Source: Octopus bimaculoides
Lineage: Eukaryota
DNA length: 38,410 nucleotides
Direction of reading: 5' to 3'
Assembly (NCBI RefSeq): GCF_001194135.2
Contig: NC_068998.1
Coordinates: 31,436,139 to 31,474,548 of the forward strand
Position 1 is the stretch's first letter. The number at the start of each line of letters is the position of its first letter. Positions 22,930 through 33,847 of the stretch are shown in pieces. The translations under genes and the position numbers were made by a program. Under the pieces are notes generated by a model. That model had not been told where the DNA came from. It did no database searches and was given only the letters and a program-made list of their open reading frames with translations.

Positions 22930-23890
22930 AGAAATACCATGAAATATGCACGAGATGCATGAGATGAAAAAGAGCCTTGACCTAGTTGCAACATTCGTAA
23001 AAGAGTTTGATCAGGATAAATATGGTTATATGGTTGTGAAAACCATAAACCAGACTAGCAACATCTCCATCAATGATTTGACTGTTTCCCCTATATCTGA
23101 CGAGGATAACATCATAAAACTTGGAAGGCAGCTCCTTGAGCAACATTGTTTGTCTGGTAACCATAAACACATGCCCAAAGAAGTCGCACGACTCTACCGC
23201 AACGTGTTGTCAGATGAAAGGATGAGCGTATATCAGCAGAAGACAATGCATGAATATGTAAGTGAAAAGCTATGAGATGATCGTAACATTGATCAACAAA
23301 GCAGTCTATCATGGACCAACAACCGGATTACTACCTCTTTTGCAGTCCAGGAACAAGAAACATCGACCAAATACCTGATGAACAAGAGAGATAGAGATGT
23401 AGGAAAGGCAGTAAAATGTGACAACCGACGCAGAGTTAATAATAAAGATATCACCCACATCATAAGTAGTTGTCCAAAAATGCCATCACAGTATTATCTA
23501 CCGTTGAAACATGATGTTGTCGCTAGGACACACTATAATGAAATCCGTCGAATAAGGTCAAAGGAATAAGAACCCACAGTATGGTCGAAGCCATAGCCAC
23601 TCATAATAGAAAGGAGTATTGGTGGAATGTCCCAGGGAAAACCTCAATAAAATGTAAACACAATGCTTTGGGATAGAGAAGAGAAACAGTGTACAGTTGT
23701 GAAAATTAGTTACCCAGCGGATGTTAACATAAAACTGAAGATCAGTGAAAAAGAGAATACCTACGCTGAAACTATTTAGAAATCTGCAGTTACTCTATCC
23801 AGGTAACAAGTTCAGGTTTATATCTGTAATTATTGGGGCACTGGGATATGTAAAACACTGCCTAAATACCAGTCTTGAGATTAGTCTTCT
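22930..23890 (+). mobile_element. 3' portion of an RLE-type non-LTR retrotransposon (R4/Dong-like), decayed
   Basis: FAVQEQETSTKYL, KDITHIISSCP...LKHDVVAR (knuckle remnant), EYWWNVP.KT..KCKHN, MLWDREEKQCTVVKISYPADVN...EKENTY, VIIGALG. Stops and frameshifts present. Confidence 0.8.
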
Positions 23891-24579
23891 CAAAACCAGA
23901 AAGGTCCATCACTGTCCATCACTGGAACTGATCCAGTCCATCACTACTGCGAAGTAGAGCTACTGAAGTGTTTTGGGAGTAGATTACGGATAATGACTAC
24001 AATATATAGTTGTTTTACATGAAAGCGAAATTTCTTGTCAGAAACAGCCACATAAATAGTATAATGAAATTGAAGGAAGACGTTAAAACTTCTCCTCTGC
24101 GAGTTTATTTTTTCAACAGCAAAGCGAGCTGTTTTTTCGGAGAGATAAGCTAACAAAAGTCCCTTTATTCTGTCTTCCTATATAGCCTGCGCATAAACTA
24201 ACAGTAAATGCCGCATAAAGTTAAATTGGTATGGAGATTTCTGAAAGATACGTATAGCTTTCACAAGCAAAACTCTTATTTAAAGGTTGATTCTTTGGGA
24301 CGAATCATATGTGATTTTTTAAAAAAAGACTAGAATGACAATACTAAAACGTATTTCAAACAATGGACAACAGTCGAAATATCATAATGGATGGGTAAGT
24401 AAGTATCCTTAAAGTGAAACAACGCATTGGTTGGTAAACAAAGGTATCAACAAATACAAGAGAGGGAATGGAACATCACCTTTCAAGTAACTCAGAATAG
24501 GTAAATGTAAGCTTGCCAAAGTTTAATGTAGTTTAAATATGGAGATTAAAATTGTTTGGTATTAGATATTCATCGCGTA

Positions 24580-25087
24580 CAGTGTTCCTAATCAATTTAA
24601 TAACCGTAGTAGCTGGGCAGGCGAAATAAGTAAATAGACAAAATCCTTTCATTTTCATAAAAAGATTAAAAAAGTATGGAAGACCCTACATACAAAAGAC
24701 TATGTCACTTTAGGTCCAAAAATGCGGGGAGCTCTGGGCAAAATATTACAGTGCATGACCATCCTTGAGATATAAGTAATGTGTGTGTATAGTTTGGTGA
24801 AAATCGGTTGAGAATTATAGAAATGTATGCGTTCAGTGTTCCTAGTCAATTTTTAATCAACGTTGCAGATGGACAGACGAAATAAATGAATAGACAAAAT
24901 CCTTTCACTTTTATAAAAAGATTAAAAAGTATGGAAGAGCCTACATTCGAAAAAAAAACTGTCCATTTATGTCCATTTATGTGAGAGCTCTGGGCAAAAT
25001 GTTATAGTGCATGGCCATCCCTGGGACATAAGTAATGTGTCTATAGTTTGGTGAAAATCGATCGAGAATTGTGGAAATGTATGCGTT
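24580..25087. repeat. Two-unit tandem repeat, 254-bp period
   Basis: Units 24580-24833 and 24834-25087 both start cagtgttccta and end gaaatgtatgcgtt, with collinear interiors. Confidence 0.92.
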
Positions 25088-25159
25088 AGTCATTATACAC
25101 GCATATACTGTAATTTATATATACTATATATACATATATATATGACATTGAGACCAACT

Positions 25160-25403
25160 TCGTGCAAGTATGAAGGCACGCTGGCAAATCGTTGCTCCTC
25201 TAAATGGAAACCTTATTTGTCATTGTGGTTTTGTGGTACGAAGCAAAGCAGGCCTTGCCGTCCGCTAAAAAAAAAACCCAAAGCACATAGCAAATGATCC
25301 ACAAGCACTCAAGCAAACTGAGTCCTCAACTTGTTCCATTTGCCAAAAAGTTTGCAAGGCACCAGCAGGTCTCGAGAGACACATTCGTGTCCATAGAACA
25401 TAA
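25160..25403 (+). pseudogene. Decayed C-terminal zinc-finger region, probably an RTE-type LINE tail
   Basis: One frame: LICHCGFVVRSKAGLAVR*...TCSICQKVCKAPAGLERHIRVHRT*. The second unit is a canonical C-x2-C-x12-H-x3-H finger. Confidence 0.5.
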
Positions 25404-26339
25404 TTAACGATTTATTTTACTGAACCCTCATTTGTCGTTCACAAGAGAATTCATCATATATATATTTACTTTTCTCTTATTGCACCTGATAACGAACCTT
25501 TAAGACATGCGGAGCCGACTCAATCTATTATTTAAAATATATGTAATTTATGCCAAATATTTTGAATTCTTTCTTTATTTCACTTGTTCACGCACATATG
25601 CATATACATACATATAGATATATACTGTTATATTGAGTAAGAGAGAGACAGAGAGGCAAAGAAAGAACGAAAGAAAGAAAGAAAGAAAGAAAGAATAAAG
25701 ACATTAATACAAAGGTCTTTAGAATTACAATTTGAGTAAAATGAGTATTGAATTATAGACTAACAGCGAACTCGTTTGGTCTGGTTCTTTGAATATTGTC
25801 AAATTAAAAAAGGAAATTTATCTGAATGACTGTCATAAAGAACTGAATCAGTATTCAATGACAGTAGTAGTAAATTAGAAGAGATAATTTACGTGTAAAG
25901 GTTTACTTCAAACTGTCCCTAGCCCAGTAACAATCTCTGTTTATTATTACCTCCTTTATAATCGTCAAGTATCAGTGCAGCAATCAATTTTAAAATGGTG
26001 AGTGACTTCGGGCGCTTGGTTTCACAGGAATTTACTATGATGCCAGCATTATGGTCAACGCCTTCAAAATAATAAATTCCACTATAACCACCATCTTCCC
26101 CATCAGCACCATCATCATAATAATAATCACCATTATCATTATAGTCTTAATTGCCAAAAACAACCTAACCAGTTTCACCATTACTGCCACCACAAAACCA
26201 TCATCATCATCGTCGTTATTAACTGCCAACTTCATCCTTCCCCCGACCAAATTGCTCCACCTCCGTCTCCTCTCGATTTTCATCATTATCATCATGATTA
26301 ACCTCAGCCACAACGACTAAGTGTTGGTAATCATAGTGA

Positions 26340-26373
<34 letters not shown>

Positions 26374-26569
26374 GATGTAAGCTGAACTAGAAATGCTGGT
26401 TCTAATGCTGGTTCGAGAAACTGATAGTCAATAGTAGTGACGAATAAAGGACAGATGCATGTACCAAGTTGCAAAGGCAAAAGCACTGAGCAAGACACGT
26501 TGCCAGTAAACGTGTCACAAGGAGTTTAATTTGAAGAAACGCAGGTGAACGGTGACATGGTTTACTGTT

Positions 26570-28050
26570 GAATTAATCTTTCGGGATCCGGTCAATATGT
26601 GGGAAGTCCTAGACGTAACTAACAGTCAAGATCGCGCCCTGACGCTTATTGTTCGTTGTTTATGCACCAGTAGAGCAGATAGTCGGAATCCATCACGTAC
26701 TTAAAGACTCCTGAGCACAATTCGCTTATTAGTATTAATGGAGATCCTGACATGTTACTAACGAAGTGCTAGAACAGTTTACGAAAAAAATGACGTAAGA
26801 GCCCCCTAAATATGCTCGAAAGGTTTCAACTTCCAAACAGATTACTCAGAACCGCCAATCTGGGAAAATCGCAGAACCGCAAAACCGCAGAATCGCAGAG
26901 CTGGGAAAATCGCAGCAAGTCGCCCAGACCACTTTTTGAATGTATATAGATTGGATTTTTTTCTTTTTACAATTGTAAGATTTCGACAAAGTGCACGCAA
27001 AGTAGTTAGAAGCTGCTATGTATAATGTCGGTGGCTGGTATAACCCTGTGCAATCTCGGCTATATCCTTCCAGAAGAATCCCATTCTAGTGTGGTACAAC
27101 GAAGAGAGGCTTCAGTTGGGTGTCAATCCATTTAGATAGCTGAAACCATCAACAGAGTCAACCATTCATTCTTGCTAGCAGCGTAGAGAAGTCGATTTCA
27201 GTCTGATTTTCAAAAGTAGAAAGCTCTGCTGTACAGTGACTACTACACGATGAGTGGCCGTAAGTGTCCACCCATCGTAATAGTTCGGTATTGCGCAAAC
27301 GGCCTGTAAATATCAGTTATCGTATTGGCTTTAGTACGTTTAGGCTCTTGATTAGTTACTCAGGATTTATGATTGTAGGGACGCAGAAGAGCCATGTCAG
27401 CATATGCAGACGACGTCACTGTTGTGATGTTAGGCATATTGGGAATTGATGTGGTCTGTGTCGTACAGAAAGAGTACGCGAGGGAACAAGATACGCATCA
27501 ACCTGGATAAGTTATTGGGTTTATCGGTCTACGCTGGCTGGGGGAAGCCTCGTGTTACAGGACTGCTGTTCCGGTGATGACGCTTATGGTTAGGTTTGGT
27601 TCGAATTTTTACATGAATGCACAAGGTGGTCAATTACTCAGAAATGGGCTAAAAGGGCTAAGAAAGAACCTATCACTGAAAGATTATGCAGAGATTGCAA
27701 TACCTATATAGCAACTGATCGTCGAGATTTTCCCGACCCCATATCCTAACGCTTTGGAGCTTCTCTTCTGCTTCGGGGGGGGGGGGGCTAGACTCTACTT
27801 GTAGTCAATCTGCTACTAGCACTCTACACGGAAGTTCGAGGTGCTGTGGGTGAGAACGCATAGACGGTGCCATCTCCAAAGATTCCCAGACGTTGAGTAG
27901 GTATGGTCAATGTTCGCCTCTTTGACGGAGCTGTAGTGCTCGGTCAAGAGTACAGTAAGATTAGATTTGGAATACTGCCCTCTACCACTCAGATAATGTA
28001 ATATACAGAGTTGTTGCAGACATGAGCGAGGACGCTTTATTCATGTTCTT
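26570..28050 (+). mobile_element. Old, heavily degraded L1/Tx1-type ORF2 remnant
   Basis: SAYADDVTVV (YADD at 27403-27414), RINLDK, RKNLSLK..AEIA, SICY*H, HLQRFPDVE*VWSMF and SLTEL align with element A. Weaker APE-like DP..VLDVT and VYAP near 26590-26680. Confidence 0.65.
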
Positions 28051-28700
28051 TTATAGTCTTAGTTCGAATCCTGCCAAGGTTGACTTGTCATCCTTCGTGG
28101 TCAATAATACGTCAATCCAGTACTAGGCTTATATAATCGACTGTCTATGTAAGAAACCTTTATTATTATTATTACTAAGTTTATGTGAAGCTAGACTTTG
28201 GGTTTGCCAAATGCACTCAGTTTACTATCATCTGAATTTCTGGTTTTGAATATTTAAATATAAAGATATTACAATGAGAATTTGAACCGGCTCAGATGAC
28301 CCGCAATTATCTCTGCTATCTTTTATAGATAGCCTGAATTAATTTCGTTGTACGTATTGTCTCTTGTTCACTTTTTTAAAGTATGCAGTAAAACATGCCT
28401 CATTCCGGCATGATGTCTCTTATTCTCTGTCTTTTCTTTCTCTCGCTCTCGCTTCCCAGCTCTCTCACTTTTGACTCTTTGTCATCCTCGATCTTAATTT
28501 CTTTCTTTTCTCTTCTCTTTCCGTCTCTTCTTTCTCATCTCTTCTGTCTCTCCTCTCTTCTCTTCTCGCTCTTTCCTCTTCCCTCTCTCACTCTTTTATC
28601 TCTCCCCCACACGATCGTTTTGACATGCTTTCAGTCTCTCGCACTCGCATACAATGGAATATTTTATCTGTTCCTGTCTCAAGTGCATGCGCGCGCACGG

Positions 28701-28739
<39 letters not shown>

Positions 28740-30041
28740 CACACACACACACACTTTCACACACGCAAACTCTACAATCTATCTCCTCCCCTTTAAACTC
28801 TTTTTCTCTCCCTTTCTCTATCGTTTATTCTCACTCCCCGTCTGCTTCTTCCTCTCATTTTTTTTCGTCGTTTATCATGTTATTGAATATTCTCATTTAT
28901 TTTACCTCTACATGACTCTCTTACCCTTTTATTAGCCCTGCCCATCTTTCTCCTTCTACAACTACATCTCTCAACCTCTTCCTGTTTATTTCCATTTGAG
29001 TTCCACATATCTCTGTTCTTGTTCTACCTTTCTCTCTCACCTACTTTTTCTCCTTTTTAAGCATCACCATAGCCACAACAACAACCACTACAAGAACTAA
29101 CCACACACCGGTAAACAAAACAGCTGTTGTAGGAGTGTTAAACCTCATATTACTTTTCGACAAAACAACTGCTGATTCTTCTCCATTTCCCCCGCAAGTA
29201 AAAATTGGTTTAATATTTCCCACTTTATTAACTTGCACACCTTCATATCTTCCGCTTATCTTTTCTCGTTCTTAAATTATTCCGCTGAGTCCCACCGTTA
29301 AACAACTATGTGAGTTGTCACAAGATGTAAAAAAAAAAAAAAAAAGCGATAAGCATTGCACAGAGTTTCTAGTGAGCTGAGCTGAGATAATCTAGCTCAA
29401 GGTTATAATGTACTGTGCAATTGAAAATTCATACCTCACCTTCACCAATCACCAGCACAATCAAAAGAACTGCAAATCGTCACTAGAAAAGTCAAGTAGT
29501 ACTCAAGCACTCCGTACTTTTTGCCTTAAAAGGCTACCATTTACTTGGTATTAAATCAGCACTATGGATCGCTAAGGTCCACTGCTACTTTCCAGAAGGC
29601 TGGAATTGCTTGAGATGGATACTGTAGATACAACCTGTTACACAATTTATGGATCATTTACGTTTTCCTCCGACCACAAATCTTATACTGAAAATTTTCA
29701 AAAATCTACTTTTGATATAGTTTTGCATACTGATGACAAGTATTGCAGTTATCATTTTGAAAAATTTATGATAAAGAAGTTAAAAGCATTTAAAGTTACG
29801 TATTTTAAGCCAATGAATTTCGAGCCACTATCCTCACGGCGGAAGTCGAAACTGTTTGTTGTCATGGCATTAATTAATTTTGTTGGTATCAAGTAAGTTT
29901 TGTAATGAAGTAGGGATCGGTACGATAAAAAAAATTATTTATGAGAGATCTATGCAGACGTTTCTCTTTTCGCTGTATCTTCTCGAAACCTTAATACACT
30001 CGAAGAATGTATTCATCAATCAATTCCGCCGGGAGCAACTA

Positions 30042-30250
30042 TTGTAATCCCTCGACTATCGCGTGTGTTACGTTCCCAAAATCTCCCGCGATAGGTGGAA
30101 ATCTGCGAAGTAGAAACAGTACTGTACCGTATATTTTTTTAATTATTTTTATAATTTGTATATATTTATTTTATCATAAATGCAAAACAGCACCACAGAG
30201 GAATCAACGTAAGCTTAAATGATAAACCGCGATATGGCGAGGGATTACTG
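30042..30250. mobile_element. pogo/Tigger-like MITE (Tc1/mariner superfamily), 209 bp
   Basis: Imperfect TIRs gtaatccctcg..tatcgcg and cgcgata..cgagggattac, with TA dinucleotides at 30040-30041 and 30251-30252. Confidence 0.75.
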
Positions 30251-30350
30251 TATATATGTGTGTATATTTGGTGTTAATTTGCTTCAGCTTTATATTTGGT
30301 GTTAATTTGCTTCAGCCTTATATTACATTACATTACATTAATCCTATTTC

Positions 30351-30395
30351 GGCCAGAGTTCTTTCGTCACACTTTTGTGACCTCATCAGTGGTCC
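30351..30395 (-). ncRNA. Minimal hammerhead ribozyme (left arm)
   Basis: Minus strand ggacca-CTGATGA-g-gtcaca-aaag-tgtgac-GAA-AGAACT-C-tggcc. 6-bp stem II; stem I with a bulged A. Confidence 0.7.
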
Positions 30396-30467
30396 ATTTT
30401 GTATTTTAAAATACAAAATGGCTGATAGTTAGCAAGGTAGGACACACATAAGAAAGAAGAAAGCAAA

Positions 30468-30512
30468 GGACCACTGATGAGGTCACAGAAGTGTGACGAA
30501 AGAACTCTAGCC
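30468..30512 (+). ncRNA. Minimal hammerhead ribozyme (right arm)
   Basis: ggacca-CTGATGA-g-gtcaca-gaag-tgtgac-GAA-AGAACT-C-tagcc; one stem I mismatch. Confidence 0.65.
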
Positions 30513-31007
30513 GAAATAGAATTAATGTAATGTAATGTAATATAAAGCTGAAGCAAATTAACACCAAATATACAGTGCGTGTATTTTTATTGGCTAAACT
30601 GGCAATATGACCATCCCCAAGTACAACAACATCTGTTTCAACACACGATTTCACATAAAAAATCTTGCAAAATAAATATATNNNNNNNNNNNNNNNNNNN
30701 NNNNNNNNNNNNNNNNNNNNNNNNNNNNNNNNNNNNNNNNNNNNNNNNNNNNNNNNNNNNATAAGTTAGAGGTGTTTAAAACCTCTAAGGGATGGTTAAA
30801 TCCAAAAGTGCTCCTAGTGATTAGCTGCGTAGGTACAATCCTTGGTAAAGGTATATGGTAGCAGGTAATTCAGCGGGTAAACCGTAGTTTAAATTATATT
30901 CAAGAAGAAAATGGAGGAAGAATAACAGGAAGAAGTTGGTCGTTTGTGCTAGTAAGCTATTAATTTAATTAATTAATAAAGAAGAGTGGTAGTAATAGTA
31001 CATTTAC

Positions 31008-31050
31008 AATCGTTTCTACCAGTTGTAGTGGTAGACATCATCAGAATGCA
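31008..31050 (-). ncRNA. Degenerate hammerhead-like motif
   Basis: Minus strand CTGATGA-tgtc-tacca-ctacaac-tggta-GAAACGAT. Helix II geometry and cleavage region are imperfect. Confidence 0.3.
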
Positions 31051-32006
31051 TAGTCATATGTAGAGGTGAGACGAGCGAAAAACAGGGATACATTGGTAAC
31101 GAGAATAAAGACAGAATGGTGAGTCTTACATTATAGTAGATTTCTTAGTTGATAATTCTGCTGCGAAGTGGATGTAGGATGGATATTATTTTGATCTGTA
31201 GTCCCAAGTTTAAGTAAGCGAATATTTTCCACGTGTTACTCTGGCTAGACTTTTCAGCGGCGATGTAAAGAAAGGGGGTTAACTCTTACTCATGGTTAAA
31301 AGGAGGCTAACTCTATCCGGATACCTCAGTCCGGGGTGAGTAAGGTATTTATGTGTCTTTTGGACTTAAAGTTGTAGGGAAGTTCATAGCAATGGAGGAA
31401 GCCCTGTGTAGGTGTAAAATAATTTATTATGGGGTGTGTTAGGTGTTCTATGATGGTCATCTCTTATGTGTTTAAATGTACACTGTATTTATGTGAATAA
31501 TATATAGTCTATTGACTAGTTTTCTACAACTAGGCCACTGGTAGTAAAAAAATTTCTAAAATTTTTTCCTACCCTGATATTTATTAATTATTAATAATTT
31601 TTGGCAAATTTTCGAAGCAAGTCGGCATTATTTTTATTTGCTATCGACAAAAAGCTGCGCTTGCGCGGTATATTTGAAAAATTATAACATGTAAGCACGA
31701 GGCATATTTATATGTTTAGTTCACTCACATTCTTCCGTGATATTTTTGCTTATGCCTACCTTGAAGGTTAGTTGTTATAATTATTGCCTGCTTGCAGGAA
31801 TCGTTACATTGTGCTTGTTGGTTTCCCGTAAGGGAAACGTTGTTAAAATTTCTTGTCTGTGTTAAATATTGTGAACTGTTATCCTCCACCAAGGGGGAAG
31901 GATATACAAATTGTGTTTACCGCTTGCGGTTGACTTTGAACCGCGTTCTCCTTCGGAACAAAAATTGTGAAATTTTTGAATATTTAAAAAAAAAATATTA
32001 AGAACA

Positions 32007-33405
32007 ATGTATTCTGTAGAAGAACAAAATAGAAAAAAAATTAATTTTGCTGCCGCTGTTGGCGGACGTGAAACAATAACATTGAAAATGGAAGATATTC
32101 AGGCATATTATGGAATGATCACCGAAGAAAACGGTGAAAGTAAGATAACACCACCAAGTGAAATAAGGAACAAGACAAAAGAAAATACAATTATTTACAA
32201 AACATACGATGTAGAAAAGGAAAGACTAGAGATTTTGGAGAAAGCACAGTTGAAAGGTGTATCGGGCTGGTGATGAACGAAATAAAGTACCTAACCCGAG
32301 GCACAAGGTATGCCACTATTGAAGCAAGGTTCGAATCAATTGAGAAGGCGAGAGAGTTCTCAACTCGAGCCTTGCAATGTGGCAACGTCATGCTACTGCC
32401 TCTATATCTGGGACGCAGAACGTCCCGGATAAGGATTAAGAACATCCCCACAGAGGTGGAGTGGCATGGATCATTGCCACACCCCTATACAAGAGAGAGG
32501 ATAAAATAATTATCATCCAAATCTCCAGAGACGCCCCACAGAATTGGCGGGGTCAAATTCTGGAGATCCTAGCACAAGCGACAAGTATGGATTTGAAAGG
32601 TTTACGCGAGACGATACATGTAGAGGAATCAGTATTGGCAGTACATGTGGAGGGAAGAAGACCCAGGTGCTTTCATTGTGGAAAGAAAGGGCACCTGAGG
32701 TCAAAATGCCCCACAAAAAAAGGACAAGGAAGCAGAAGAGGAGGAGGAAAGGAAAAACAAAGAGACGGTCCCCCACCAGTCACGGAGACTGTGACAGAGC
32801 GGGCGACCACCTACACTAGTAAAGCCGACCCTAAGGGGAAAAATAAAGAGGCGGCACTTCCGGCCAAGGAGGCTGTTACACAGAAAGTGACCGCCTCCAC
32901 CAGTAAAAATGACCCCAAGATGAAAGAGGCGGCATTTCCGGTCAAGGAGGCCGTTACACAGAGAGTGACCGCCTCTACCAGTGAAAACGATCCCAAGATG
33001 AAATGTAAAGAGGCGGCACTCTCGGCCAAGGAAGCCGTTACACAGAGAGTGACCACCTCTACCAGTAAAAATGACCCCAAGGGAAAAAGTGGAGAAGAGG
33101 CGCTTACGGCCAAGGAGGCCATTGCACAACAGGTGGCCACCTCCATCAGTGGAGAAAACCCCGAGAAACCAGTGTCACTTGTGACACCGTCTACTGAAAA
33201 TATGGACTTCCAGTCGGTGTCACATAAGAGAACCAAAAGAATGGAGTCGCCCAACAATACACGGGAAGCGGTTCCAAAAACTAAAATTATCAAGAACCCC
33301 GAACCGAAGGGAAAAGGAAAAAAGAAAGAAAGCCAATTTATGTCGGTGATAATAGATATTTCCGAAAGAGAATATCGCTGCGACAATCGCATACAAGAAC
33401 AGTAA
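32007..33405 (+). pseudogene. Tx1 ORF1 (gag-like, CCHC knuckle), frameshifted
   Basis: ORFs 32007-32273, 32270-32509 and 32461-33405 join by frameshifts; intact CX2CX4HX4C. Confidence 0.85.
32779..33165 (+). repeat. Coding tandem repeat in ORF1, about 4.5 units of 26-28 aa
   Basis: EAALPAKEAVTQKVTASTSKNDPKMK and variants. Confidence 0.93.
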
Positions 33406-33847
33406 TAAATATCTGGATGGGGTGATTGGACCTCATCACAAAGCGTCCCTATATCTCAATGACAATAAGATGAGCCCAGTAACGTTGGGAAAAATTTTCC
33501 GAAAACTATACAANNNNNNNNNNNNNNNNNNNNNNNNNNNNNNNNNNNNNNNNNNNNNNNNNNNNNNNNNNNNNNNNNNNNNNNNNNNNNNNNNNNNNNN
33601 NNNNNNNNNNNNNNNNNNNNNNNNNNNNNNNNNNNNNNNNNNNNNNNNNNNNNNNNNNNNNNNNNNNNNNNNNNNNNNNNNNNNNNNNNNNNNNNNNNNN
33701 NNNNNNNNNNNNNNNNNNNNNNNNNNNNNNNNNNNNNNNNNNNNNNNNNNNNNNNNNNNNNNNNNNNNNNNNNNNNNNNNNNNNNNNNNNNNNNNNNNNN
33801 NNNNNNNNNNNNNNNNNNNNNNNNNNNNNNNNNNNNNNNNNNNNNNN

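Larger units (their letters stand above)
30261..30574. repeat. Inverted repeat, ~107-bp arms (30261-30395, including a 28-bp tandem duplication / 30468-30574)
   Basis: Arms differ at about 4 positions by manual alignment; each contains a hammerhead core. Confidence 0.93.

Noticed and set aside
23944-24156. ORF with RFAVEKIN, reminiscent of receptor amino-terminal domains
   Set aside because: The match is too short, splice signals are weak, and no partner exons are visible.
26845-26930. Short cgcagaa / ctgggaaaatcgcag repeats that could suggest a CRISPR-like array
   Set aside because: Irregular, with no constant repeat-spacer period; eukaryotic context inside a decayed LINE region.
29606-29896. 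96-aa ORF starting at TTG
   Set aside because: No recognisable domain, and the length is compatible with chance.
31600-31760. gcggtat and ccgtga words upstream of element D, hinting at SINE targeting
   Set aside because: No alignable SINE head; short words expected by chance.
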